From positions 80,476,001 to 80,540,000 of the forward strand of contig OX597814.1 in NCBI GenBank assembly GCA_951406725.2: a stretch of 64,000 nucleotides of DNA. Direction: 5' to 3'. Made by a program: the position numbers and the translations under genes. Origin of the DNA: Octopus vulgaris (taxonomy: Eukaryota). A model generated the notes under the pieces. The model ran no database searches. It had not been told where the DNA came from and was given only the letters and a program-made list of their open reading frames with translations. Below are positions 27,407 to 40,650 of the stretch, one piece after another (within the stretch, counting starts at the first letter, position 1; each line of letters begins with the position of its first letter).

Positions 27407-28064
27407 AGCTTGTTTACCAACTACCTGGTTCCGGGTTCAGTCCCACTGAGTGGCATCTTGGGCAAGTGTCTTCTACTATAACCTCTGGCCGACCAGAGCC
27501 TTGTGAGTGGATTTGGTTGACGGAAACTGAAAGAAGCCCGTCGTATATATATATATATATATATGCATGTGTGAGTGTACGTTTGTGTGTCTGTGTTTGT
27601 CATCCCAACATCGCTTGACAACCGATGCTGGTGTGTTTATGTCCCCGTAACTTAGCGGTTCGGCAAATTTATGTATGTGTGTGTGTGTATCATTTATTTT
27701 TCAGTCATTTGACTGCAGCCATGCTAGAGCACCGCTTTTAGCCGAGCAATTCGACTCCAGGATTTATTCTTTGTAAGCCTAGTACTTATTTTATCTTTCT
27801 CTTTTGCCGAACCACTAAGTTACGGCGACATAAACACACTAACATCGGTTGTCAAGCGATGTTGGAGTGACAAACACAAATACAAACGTACACTCACACA
27901 TGCATATACATACATACGGGCTTCTTTCAGTTTCCGTCTGCCAAATCCACTCACAAGGCTTGGTCGGCCTGAGGCTATAGTAGAAGACACTTGCCCAAGA
28001 TACCACTCAGTGGGACTGAACCCGGAACCATGAGGTTGGTAAGCAAGCTTCTTACTACACAGCC
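27407..28064. mobile_element. Inverted pair of SINE family A copies
   Basis: The plus copy at 27407-27667 is complementary to the minus copy at 27803-28050. Confidence 0.85.
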
Positions 28065-28969
28065 ATATATAAATAGTTAATTCAAAAATGGAAAATAAGA
28101 CAGCAAGAAAAACAACAACATGAGGACATATCACATGTATTAATAAGACAGTCAAAGAAGGAAAACAGTGGTTGTTTTATGTTTCGAACATAGCTCTTTT
28201 TCGGAACAGAAAACATAGTAAAGTTCAAAGGAAAATTAAGAAGGAGGAAAAAATCGCTAACAGTCCACGTGTAGTCGTGTGTGTGTAGGTGCGTGCGCGC
28301 ACACATATATACGACGGGCTTTGGCCGACCCGAGCTATAGTAGAAAACGCTTGCCCAAGGTGCCTCACAGTGGGACTGAGCTCGGAACCTTGTCTTTGGG
28401 AAGCAAACTTCTTACCAAACAGCCACACCTGTATGTAGTGGTTATTATTCAATCCTGACCAAGGAGTTCCATCTGGCTACAATCAACTTATTTGGTTTTC
28501 TGTGTCACCAGCTATATAATCAAGTATACGATTTCTTTTTAAGAGTAGGATTACATTTCACGAAATTTTGTAGTTATTTCTAACAAATCAAGTGACCACA
28601 TAGATACTTACTTCTAAACCTCTTCATTCTATTTGGAGGATTGTGGAAGAGGGGGACATCAGAGACCAATACTAGCTGCTTTATTTGGAAAGGTTGCTTT
28701 AAGTTAACAACAAATTTATCCCATTGTAAATCAATTAGATATTCTATTTACAAGAAGCAGTAAGCAAACAATTTACTCTTTGATCGTCAAATTTTTGATG
28801 TGTAACGCAAAGGAAGTCTTATATTCCTCTGAAATTTGAGTGGTTCAGAAACAATTCTGAAAGTTCCGGCAGCAGCTGATTGTGAGCGTTGTTTCGCCAT
28901 CTCCTTCAATAGTTCTAAGTTTACTTACATCCCACAGTTGCAATAGTCTGTATTGTCTGTCTGTCTGTA

Positions 28970-29032
<63 letters not shown>

Positions 29033-29176
29033 GTCTCTGTCTCATCTTTACTAACTGTCTGTCTGCCTGCCTGCCTTCCTGCCTTCCTGCCTTCCTGCCT
29101 ACACGTCTGTCTGTCTGCATGCCTACCAGTCTGCCTGCCTACCTGTCTGCTTGTCTGTCTGTCTGCCTGTCTATAC

Positions 29177-29216
<40 letters not shown>

Positions 29217-29258
29217 CAATAAAAAATCTCTAAAAGAGATATAGACAGTGACTGCTCC

Positions 29259-29678
29259 ATAATATAAGGGATATTAGCCAATTGAATATGGCTAGGGACA
29301 GGGCAGGGTGGTGGGGGTGTCACTGTTGCATTTAGCCCCAGGCGAACATCAACGTCACCAGATAGGCCTGACGCCATCACGGCGTCCTCTATCTTGCAAA
29401 GGGAGATCATTCACCAAGAAGCGGATACCACACACGGACCTAGGTTTCAAGGTGTATTGCCTATTATCAACGTGTGGTAGGCATCGCTTCTCGATGAACG
29501 ACCAACTGTGCAAGATATATCCGCTTCTTGGTGAATGATCTCCCTTTGCAAGATAGAGGACGCCGTGATGGCGTCAGGCCTATCTGGTGACGTTGATGTT
29601 CGCCTGGGGCTAAATGCAACAGTGACACCCCCACCACCCTGCCCTGTCCCTAGCCATATTCAATTGGCTAATATCCCT

Positions 29679-29686
<8 letters not shown>
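29259..29686. repeat. Perfect 169-bp inverted repeat with a 90-bp spacer; probable inverted Penelope-like pLTR in a (TA)n tract
   Basis: 29259-29427 is the exact reverse complement of 29518-29686, which is why ORFs 29171..29410(-) and 29535..29771(+) share an N-terminus. (TA)n flanks both sides. Confidence 0.95.
29431..29476 (-). ncRNA. Minimal type I hammerhead ribozyme, U3-A8 core variant
   Basis: Minus strand CACACG-UUGAUAA-UAGG(CAAUACA)CCUU-GAA-ACCUAGGU-C-CGUGUG. Perfect 6-bp stem I, palindromic stem III, GUC triplet, predicted cut between 29437 and 29436. The 10.1-11.1 pair is a U-U mismatch. Confidence 0.72.
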
Positions 29687-29723
<37 letters not shown>

Positions 29724-30174
29724 TACGATTGTATGTATGTATGTATGTATGTATGTATGTATGTATGTTAGAGATGTTAAGGATTAAAGAATTTGGTGTA
29801 ATAGATGGAATGGAACTAGCCATAAAATTAATGCAGAGTTGATAGAAGTGTGGTTGTCTTCAGTATATTTGTTTATTGGGAGGAGATATGGGATGTGCTC
29901 ATATATTAGATGAAAGGTATGTAAACTTGTATGCATATGATGGCGGATGTTTAATGCATATAAATTTGAAAGTATTATTATAGTAGACCAATATCCAAAG
30001 GTTTATGAAGTATCTTTTAATTTGTTAATGAAGATTTTTTGTTTCTAACGGACAGACTGGAGAAGTTCTGTATACATCGAATTACCCCCACTGAGGGTGA
30101 TCTCTCCTAAACAAATATCTTAAAATTCATCTTTAAATGAGTCTTTTTAATTTTAACCAGTTATAAAATCGTGA

Positions 30175-30375
30175 TTAGCATGTCATAGGAAGAAATGGCA
30201 AGACGGATTCTTCAAGTCGAACCAACAGGCAAAGGACCTAGGGGTAGACCAAGACTAAAATGGTTGATAATATTCATAGTCTCACTTGGTCACGCTTAGG
30301 AATTCATTTGAAAATGTCATGCTTCTGATTGGACCTTATGGGAAAATAGTGGGTAGTGAAGACTGACGGATGAAT
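30175..30375 (+). mobile_element. RTE-clade LINE 3' fragment
   Basis: MARRILQVEPTGKGPRGRPRLKW...DNIHSLTWSRLGI matches the G.R.RGRP..RW.D terminal motif. Confidence 0.75.
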
Positions 30376-31230
30376 AAAATCGTAAAATTGTAAGGCAAAG
30401 TAATTTTAAAGAAATACTAATAAGATTTGGTATTTAAATACTTTGATTTTAATTAATTAACTTAAAATATTACATTCGTGTTGAAAATGTATGTCAGTAT
30501 TAGTAAGATTAATCAACTTACTTCGATCTGCAAAAATGAAATAGGTAAAACCTGAGGTGACAACTGGCCTTTTTAAGCAGAACACCCACACACACACGTA
30601 TGTATGTTTTATGTATGTATGTATATACTTACGTACGTACGTATGAATTTATGGTGTATGTATGTATAAGGGTTTCATCCCAAAACAAATCGAAAGTATT
30701 TATCACTACAAAGGTAATTGGTTCTTATCGTACAAGTGAGTCTCTGGACTTGCTTGTACGATAATATCAACAAACAAATCAGAGTCAAGTAGGAATTGAA
30801 ATTAGAATTTTAAAATGTCAGGAGTTGAACAGATTTATGGTTGTTGGTATTCGCCCTTTTAAAAGGATGAGGGAAACTAGATTTTTTGTAAAATAACATG
30901 CTATTCAAGCCATACGATTTGTTTCGGCTAGTGAGAAAATGTTTTTATAAGTAAAGTGATATTTATGAAGCCTAGTATATTTTAAAAACGAAAACTAAAA
31001 GTGACATAGACGTAAACATTTTTTTTTTATGTGGAAATCAACTTAGATGTGAAATTGTTAACCTAAGTGAAGGATTATTACTAAAGATTGATATTAGATA
31101 ACAGCTAATTCATTATAAATAGCAAAGATTATATATATATGTGTATGTGTATGTATAAAGACATGCGCGCACACACATACACACACGCGCACACATATAT
31201 TATACACAACTAACACTACGACGACCTCTT

Positions 31231-33468
31231 TTAAGATTAACAACCGGTTTATTCAAACAGAGCTTTTATCACCATACATAGACTGTTAAAAATCAGAAGA
31301 AACAAATGATGCTTTGCTATCAAGTCATATTTGAAATATAAAGTCAAGCAATATGCTTTTTATATACAAAGAAAATTCTATCTTTCGCAAAGCTAACAAT
31401 AAAAAGCCTGGTCAGTTGCACGTATGCAATTCCATTCCCAAACATTCAATAAATTGTCAGACGCTCGTAATTAGTCTTATTTTGCAGTCACAAAATGTAG
31501 AACGTTGAAGCGTTTCAAACCAATCAGATTTCCAAACAAGTAATAATTTAATGATCACATCTATATTATTTTCTAATAAATGTACATTTTTATTCAGATA
31601 GAAAATATTTTCAACTTACTAACAGTAACAATACATTTCCATTAACAGCAGAGGCATTTTTAATTACATGGTTTTGCAATTTAATAATCTTCTACCTTAA
31701 TAAACCCGGAACTTAAAATCTAGTGTAATACCACCAAATTAATGTTTTGATTTTATTAGTTAAATTTTGGTCTAATTAATATCCCACCACTAAATATATT
31801 TATTAAAACACGCACGCAGTTATATAAATATTAAAGACAATCTGGGCAGATATATTTGATGGAACAGTGTCTTTTGAGTACCAAATAACAAAACCTTGAA
31901 CTTACTAAGATATACAATGAGAGAAACATACATCGTAATACCATCAGATAATATTTATTACAAATTATAAAAGATTAATATCATTATATATGTGTGTGTG
32001 TTCGTGCTCGCGCGCGTTATTGTGTGTACGTATTCAAGCGTACACCTACGCCATGTTAGCATTAAATTAAACACAGTCTCAAAATAAATTTTATTGAATT
32101 GCATCGCTCGATTTTCCTGCAAAAAAGTCTTACACTTACTTGAGAGACAAATAGATGAATATAATCATACGCATCTTTAAATAACAGTATTTTTGACTGA
32201 GCTGTACCAAATCAATAAAGTTCAGTAATTAAATAAATATAATTAATGGCAGGATATTAGTTAAGCCTAAGGTTAAACAATAAAATCAATGTATTAATTT
32301 AGTGGAAATCTATTAGATTCTAAGTTCTGGGTTTGTCAATGTTGATCATTATTAAATTACAAAGCTATTGTAATTAAAAGAGCTTTTGTTGTAGTAGAAA
32401 TGAACTTTATGCGAAAGTGTTTTGTAACTGAGTAAAAATATACATTGTAGGAGGAAAACATTATAGGATATGAAAGTCAGTGAAGTGAACGAATTTATTA
32501 GACGTTGGCGTGGTCGTAAATTATGATAAATTATAATCTGTGTAGAAATACAGTTGGTTTTGAAATGCCATTCATGCACGTTAGGATAACTTGATATATA
32601 GTGAAAAAGGTATTATCTAATTAAACACATCAGAAAGAAAATATGGTTTCAAATATACAGAAAGTGTATAAAAATGTATTGGAATATAAATTAAGATATG
32701 AATAATTATCATATAAAATTGAAATTGGAATAAAGATTAAAATAATATACAATAATATAGTGTGGAATAGTTATTGGGTGTCTAAATATATCTGTTCAAA
32801 TGGAAGAGGTTGAACGACAAGTTGTAATTAAGTTAACTACAGTAAAATAACCTTAATGAAACCTAATAATTTGATGATTTAAAAGGAAATTGTAAGTTGC
32901 TAGTTAATAATTTAATAAATATAATTAATGGTGGGACATTAATTAAGTTTAATATTTAACAATAATGATTGTATTAACTGATGGGATTATACTAGATTTT
33001 AAATTCAGGGTTTATCAAGGTTGAAAATTATTAAGTTCTGAATTTATAATAATTTTTTTTTGTTGTTTTTGCTGTTAATAGAGATGTACAGTTGGAAAAA
33101 ATTAATTTTGTGTTGAAAATGTAGGCATGATAATTAAACTATTGCATATTTGGAAATATAATTGGTTTGAACTGCTTTAATATTCTACAACTTCTATCAC
33201 TACTAGATGAGGCCAGTTCTAAGTGTCGAACAAGTTGTCGAATGTTGGAGATGAAAATCTCCAAAATTCTGAAGTGCACAACTGGCAAGAGTTTATAATT
33301 GTTAGTGTAAGGTTTCGTTAAAAATAGAATATTTTTATATTAAAAGCATGTTGTTTGGCTTTAAAATTCAAATATAACGCAATATCAAAGTGCTGCCTTG
33401 TCTCTTTTGATTTGTAAAAATGTAAGATTACAGAAGCTCCGTTTGAATAAATTGGTCGTTAATCTTAT
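31231..33468. repeat. Ancient ~570-bp unit in three diverged copies (one inverted, two direct)
   Basis: 31231-31805 is complementary to 32912-33468 and to the shorter copy at 32232-~32580. Identity is roughly 70% by eye. Confidence 0.8.
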
Positions 33469-35136
33469 GCAAGAAAGAGTGAGTGTATTGGTTGGTGTTG
33501 GAAGTGACACAATAAACTAGTTCTTTTCCCTTACAATATCATCTGAGCAGTAAATTATTGGTTAATATCTCCTCCTACGAAATTAAACGTATTTTTATTG
33601 AAGGGGCGTGTTTTTAATTTCGATTAGAGTTTGCTAATGTTTGTATAAAATCATGAGTAGTTGATATGAGGTTTTAATAACTTTTTAGTTGAGAACTTAG
33701 CGATATTTGTGATTTTGTAGGATATGTTTCAAAAAGAGTGTGAAATAGATTTAGCTGCGTATGTTGAAGTTTATAAATTGTACTGCGGATTGTACAACAT
33801 TGTATCTACCTTTCTTCATTTAACAGGTGTTAGTTTTTATTCCTGGAATTTTATACTGTTTCTGAACTGACGCTTCTCTTCAGACCTTCACTATAATGGT
33901 TGGATTATTTATCAAAAAAACAGTTCATTTGAAAACAACGTACAAAGTTAAAGGATACATTTTTTATTACATTTTAAATACATTTTCAATAACACTATTG
34001 GGGTGAGTAGATGATTTGTGAATATGTTGAAATTGTATACAGCGTTTGCAGCTAATTCATTAAAATCAACAAATTAATGACATAATAAATTTGGTTAGAT
34101 ATCTTTTTTAAAAGTGTTACATTCTCACTTGAGTAATACCGAGCATTTTTTTTTACCATACTCTAATTAATTGTAATTAAAATCTGTCTTAAAATATAAA
34201 TTTTAGATATCTTTTTAAAACATCTCAATCTTATCTTAGTTATAGCATACATTTGCAGTATTTTCTACAACTATCACAAATAAAACAAACCTTCATTTCC
34301 ATAGATCCCCGTTTCATAAACGTTTAATAATCAGTCAGAATAATACCCTCCAAACTCATACACATTAGGTATCCATATAGACACACAAGATCTGTTGTCC
34401 CTTTTTAGTTAACAAAAGTTATATAGTATAGTATAATAGTGCTGTGTACTTACGCCTTCTCTACATTCTGAGTTCAAACCACACTGCTAGAAACAGATTT
34501 TATCTTTCATCACTTAAGGGTCCTACAAAATAGGTACCAGTCATACGCTGAAATCGATTCAAAATATTCAAATGCACCAATCCCAACCTAGCAGATAATC
34601 TACATCCTTCCAGCTTCCTCCCGAAAAGCAACATCAATAACAATTTTAAAAAGTACTATTTCACATAACCAGCTATCAAATATTAAAACTAATATCATTT
34701 ATATAGGAAAGAGGTTTATATGGCAGGCTTCAAAACCTAAAATCAAACGGCCACAGATTCCAGTCCGATTTGATCAGAGTTGACCTTTCCTCTTTCTCAA
34801 GTTGATAGAAAAAGCACCCGCAGTATAATAGATATAAATGGGATAACTCGCCAAATTTATATGATACAGAAAGTAATGTCCATTTCCTTCTTTAGGTCAA
34901 AGACCAAAGAAAGTATTGGCATCTGCTATAATCTAGCCAAAACGAACCAAAACGAAAAAGAAAAGGAAATAAAAGATAATATAAAAGAATATAAATGAAA
35001 ATGTAAAAATAAAGCTTCCAATTAATTGTTTATTCAGAAATATCGCTGAGAAAACGCCTACACTCATATGCATGTATATGTGTGTTTGTGTGTGAGTGTG
35101 TTTGTATGCATACATATATATATATATATTATCACA

Positions 35137-35188
<52 letters not shown>

Positions 35189-35919
35189 TATATATATATG
35201 TATATATATATGCATATATATATATGTATATATATATATGTATGTATATATGTATATATATATAAACACACGCACGTATATATATATAACACAAACACGT
35301 GCATCTATTAAAATTACGTCAAGGCAATAGCGTTATATACATACACAGTATCAAATATATGTATACATACAGCGTACATTCATATATACATGCATTATTA
35401 ACGTACCCATTCATAATAACATAAAACACACAGTGAAACACATACATGCATATATACGCATGCGCACACTCTCATATAGAAGCTCAATCATGGTCACACA
35501 TAGGCCATACAGAGATGCACACATTCCCCAAAATCAATATTGGTGGTGGGGACTATTCAATGAATATGGAAATCTACAAAATGTTAAGGAAGGAAGTATA
35601 AAGTCAGATAGATAGAGAGAGAGTGGGGCAGGCAGAGGATACTGATATTGAATATGAAAATGTTATGAGGAAACGTGTAATAAAAACAAAGGGAATGCTT
35701 GAAAAATAACGGTGCTATAGATTAAAGTAATTTATTATTCTGACAATCTATAATTCTGATATTGGAAAGGTTATGTTTATATAAATTATTCTTGAGGATA
35801 TACGTGAATACGTTAGAGTGAAATGAAATTCATTAGTGTCTCATTAATTCCAATCATCTGTTCAACCTCACACATACACATATACATTTACATACACACA
35901 TGTGTGAATGAGCAAGCCT

Positions 35920-35965
<46 letters not shown>

Positions 35966-36059
35966 GCACCAAATATGTGCGAGTATGCATAATGTATGTA
36001 GATCTGTGAGTGTACTATACTGGGTTACTCTGGCATGTTTATATATGTATATATATATG

Positions 36060-36103
<44 letters not shown>

Positions 36104-36779
36104 GAAAGAGAGAGAAGAAGAAGAAAGGGGATTAAGGAAATCCAAGCAAATAACTCATTCAGCCCTCCATGCAGAAATCCTGTTTAACAGCATGCAAGGG
36201 AGACGAGGCTGAATCCATATTCAATTAATCTATAAGGCAATTAATCAACAGGGCATACAATAAACCCGAAGAAGTTCACATTTAAACTGCCGGTACATTT
36301 ATCACAGAGTGTAAACAGACGAAGGAAGATGATGGCATTACACGATTTTGTTAAAGGTTACGATTGTTTCGGTAGCGAGTGAAACTATTTCATTTGAATT
36401 ACACATTGGTTTATACATATAAAGAAAAATTATGTAAATCCACCCAATACTTAATTAATGAGTTTACCTCCTGCCATTTCGTCTGATCACTTGAAGTTAC
36501 TTGAGTATACGTTGAGAATTTTAAAGAAATATATTGAGAGCAGTTAGATTGTAGGATATCATCCCTACCCAGAAGATATTGCAATACATTGGCAATGAAG
36601 ATAAGGAACATATAAGATTACTTTTTAAAAAGCTAATACAAACCCGCTAGACTGTCAAGTAGTTGAGAGAAAGCAACTTACAGGCTACACCAGAATTTCA
36701 AAGAAATGTCAGTTAACTACGACAAACTCAGAAATACCAATAAAGGGAGGAATAGAATAAAGATTAATATGAAGATGAG

Positions 36780-38130
36780 ATTTGAAAGGAACTAAAGTAA
36801 ATAAAGAACGTGGGTATGCTCGTTTGAATGAGGCACAGAATCAATTGGAGCCCACCTCAATATTGGGTTCTCTACGATAAACATAAATTAAAATTTAATT
36901 AAGTTAAATTTGGTACAATAATTTTTTAAAATGAGTAACTGTTCTATGCAACGTCAAATGATCTGAAATACCATATTCATAAACTTAACAATAGGAAGCT
37001 GAATCTCGCAATCACAAATACTAAAATTATTATCCGAGATAGCGTGGCTCCAACAACCATAATGGCGGAAGACATAAAGCAGTCCAAATGATCTTGATAT
37101 ATGTAGAAATATCAACTTTAATATAAATAATATAAATAACGACGATAATGCTGTAAGTACTAATAATAACACTGAGAATAGAAGTAATGAGAACAAAGAA
37201 TATAAAAATAGTAACAATAGCAACAACAATAATGCCACTAAGAATAAAAGTATACAAATTAGTACAAATAGTAACCTGATTGCGAATAGTGATATGAAAA
37301 AATGCAATTGTAGAGATAAGAAAGCATGTCTTTTAGCAAACAAGTGTTTACGTAGAAACATTGTATACAAATGTACTACTAGAACAAGTGCACATGTATA
37401 CTCTTTTACTCTTTTACTTGTTTCAGTCATTTGACTGCGGCCATTCTGGAGCACCGCCTTTAGTCGAGTAAATCGACCCCGGGACTTATTCTTTGTAAGC
37501 CCAGTACTTATTCTATCGGTCTCTTTTGCCGAACCGCTAAGTTACGGGGACGTAAACACACCAGGATCGGTTGTCAAGCAATGCTAGGGGGACAAACACA
37601 GACACACAAACATATACACACACTTATATAGATAGATATATATACGACAGGCTTCTTTCAGTTTCCGTCTACCAAATCTACTCACAAGGCATTGGTCGGC
37701 CCGGGGCTATAGCAGAAGACACTTGCCCAAGATGCCACGCAGTGGGACTGAACCCGGAACCATGTGGTTGGTTAGCAAGCTACTTACCACACAGTCACTC
37801 CTGCCATATACATATATGTATATGCATATATATAGTGGAACGAGCGATATTTTTAAGAACCACTGGAAGAATCACTCAGCATCATTTAAGAATGTTAACA
37901 AAAGACAATGCACATCGCTCACAGACCTAATACGGGATTTCAAAAAGAAAAAGATACAATACAGCACAATTTGGTCAATAATACGAAATGCATACTCATT
38001 ATAATGTATACCGAAAAGCATGTAGCCTTTGCGTAGAAGAAACACTAGAATAATATTATGCAATGATAACATCATCAACAAGCACTCTGAAATTGTTCTA
38101 AAATGTAACCATAGACTCAAAACTCGTTTT
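36780..38130 (+). mobile_element. Penelope-like retroelement 3' fragment (linker and GIY-YIG endonuclease) interrupted by a SINE A at 37400-37805
   Basis: KCNCRDKKACLLANKCLRRNIVYKC / YSGTSDIFKNHWKNHSASF...IWSIIRNAYS...CSLCVEE...IINKHSEIVLKCNHR fits the PLE pattern CNCR...C...GKC...IVYK, YIG, C.LC..EK, LNKRSE...KCRH. Confidence 0.85.
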
Positions 38131-39936
38131 TGGAACCTGGAAGAAACATGTGATATTTGACATTATATCAATCCTTTATTTACTCAAAAAGTGCTTACTG
38201 AGGATTTTTGAAGTCATTATGTGTATGCTTATATTATTGTTCATCTAGATTATATAACTTCATAATAATATGTGTGTGTGTGTGTGTTTGTAAAGTTATT
38301 TTGTTAAAAGTGAAGCAATTATAAGATAGGTCTATTCACCATGACGTACGTATGTACGTGCAAAACCTCGTTATAGAATGAATATTGCAGGTATTTCTAC
38401 AGTTGCATTAATATATATGAATGGAAAAAGCGGCGAGCTGGCAGAAACGTTAAGTCACGCCGGGCGAAATGCTTAGCAGTATTTCGTCTGTCATTACGTT
38501 CTGAGGTCTACTTTGCCTTTCATCCTTTCGAGGTCGATAAATTAAGTACCAGTTGGGTACTGGGGTCGATCTTATCAATTGGTCTCCTCCACCGAAATTT
38601 CGGGTCTTCTACCTACAGTAGAAAGGAAAATATATGAACGGAGATATCACGATATATAGAAACAAGTAAGTCGGAACGAACAAACTTAATAAAGTTATCC
38701 ACAAAGTATTTTTTTTCTTTTCTTATGTATAAACTCAAGAATCTGAATAGACAGATATAAATATGTGGGGAAAATATTTATATCTGAATGTACTTGGAGG
38801 TTTTTAGTAGAGTAGCATGGAAAGATACACATTCATGAGAGTAAAAACTGTGAGTGTATGTTTACATGTTTATATGTTTGTGTGTATGTGTACATTAGTG
38901 TCAAATAAATGAATATGTATGCATGTATGTATGCATACATGCGTATATGTATATTGGTGTGTGTGAGTAAATCTTCTTGATTTAATAGCTTCTCTTAATG
39001 AATTGTAAAGCAACTGTGACAAAATCTGGCGACAGTAATGCTATAGACAAAATTAAGTTTGTAAGCAGACAGGTTTTGGTTTCCTGCTGTGCTAACGAAC
39101 TGACCATATGCCACTGATTTCCTTTTGAAGTGGAGTGGTAACAGATACAAGAGACAAGTAATTGTTCATGACAAGTAATTGTTCTGTTTACGACATTACT
39201 ACCTTAGAATTTTTTTTCTATAAGTCGAGAGAAGAAAGATGAGAATTAGAGGTTTGTTTATTTGATATTTTATATATTTTTTATTTCCATCAATTTAATT
39301 TTGGTATTTTCCTTATGGAAAATCTTCTTGGGATTTCTGTGTTGTTCTTTGTCAATGGAATGCTAAAAAGAGCATAAGGGTGTAAAACAAAGAGAAACTA
39401 AAGATGATATAACAGTGCTCTAGATCCTACTCACCTGAAGACGTGCAAGTGCACAACTATACTCAATGATCATATTAATGTAATAAAGTGTAAAATATTT
39501 ATACTTTTATACTTTTACTTGTTTCAGGCATTTGACTGCAGTCATACTGGAGTACCGCCTTTAGCCGATCAAATCGACCCCAGGACTTATTCTTTGTAAG
39601 TCTAGTACTTATTCTATCGGTCTCTTTTGCCGAACCGCTAAGTTACGGGGACGTAAACACACCAGCATCGGTTGCCAAGCGATTTTGGGGGAACAAACAC
39701 AGACACACAAACATATACACACACATACATATATATACATATTTATATATACGACGGGCTTCTTTCAGTTTCCGTCTACCAAATCCACTCACAAGACCTT
39801 GGTCGGCCCGAGGATATAGTAGAAGACACTTGCCCAAGATGCCACGCAGTGGGACTGAACCCGGAACCAAATGGTTGGTAAGCAAGCTACTTACCACACA
39901 GCCACTCCTGCGCCTATTGTAGATATCATTTTTACC

Positions 39937-40650
39937 TTAATTTCTGAAGGTGAGTTTGGATAAAGCAATGCGACTTTTGTGTCGCTGAAACTGTCCTTGC
40001 ATTTCTAAATCCCTCTCAATATATTTTCCTTCGTTCTGCATTTCATCATTTGAGGAGTAGATAAAATTAATTCCAGGAATGTTTTGTTCACCATAATCAT
40101 AAAGTTGTCTTGGTGTCAGGATTTGTTCATTGAAAGGATGTTGTAAACTTGCCTGGGCTGCCTTTCGTTTAATTGTACCTCCTAAGCTATCACAAGGTCC
40201 CTTGCCATGAGAAGTAGCAAAGAAGTGCCAGTTTGGAAATCTATAGAATGGTAGCATAAATTTATAAAATTTTCACAATTTTTATATTGCAAAGCAGCAC
40301 CATCTGAAATTTAGGCAATTTTGTTGATTTTAAAGACTTTCCCCCTAAGAAAATCTACCAGGTTTTGTTTTTGGCGGGGGTGGGGGTGGGGTGATAGACT
40401 GCTACTGAATCATGCTTCATATAGTCGGATATAACAACATTGATGTTAGTCACGTCATTGTTTGGTTTATAATAACATACAAACGGATGGATAGTAGCTT
40501 GGGTATTGTCCCAGTGAAATCCTTATACAGCATCTTGCAAAATGAATGAATTCTCTGAAAAATCTGTCATGACAAATTTTTCTCCTTCACTTAAAGATTC
40601 TTTTCTTGAAATACAAAATTTAGATTGTTCCTTTGCAGTGACATCATGTA
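39937..40650 (-). pseudogene. Decayed Sola-like (probably Sola2) DDD transposase
   Basis: DFSEN..FILQDAV.GFHWDNTQATIHPFV, SD..KHDS, DGAA.QYKN and WHFFATSHGKGPCDSLGGTIKR. The subgroup assignment comes from motif recall. Confidence 0.7.

Noticed and set aside
31671-33040. Apparent codon-like conservation if TAA/TAG were read as Gln
   Set aside because: Only a short window supports it, indels break the frame, and ~70% nucleotide identity alone gives such similarity. There is no evidence for an alternative genetic code.
33853-33886. Minus-strand CUGAAGA...GAAAC motif (similar partial cores at about 22935, 38198 and 39436)
   Set aside because: Stem I pairing or the GAAA is missing, so these cannot be distinguished from chance.
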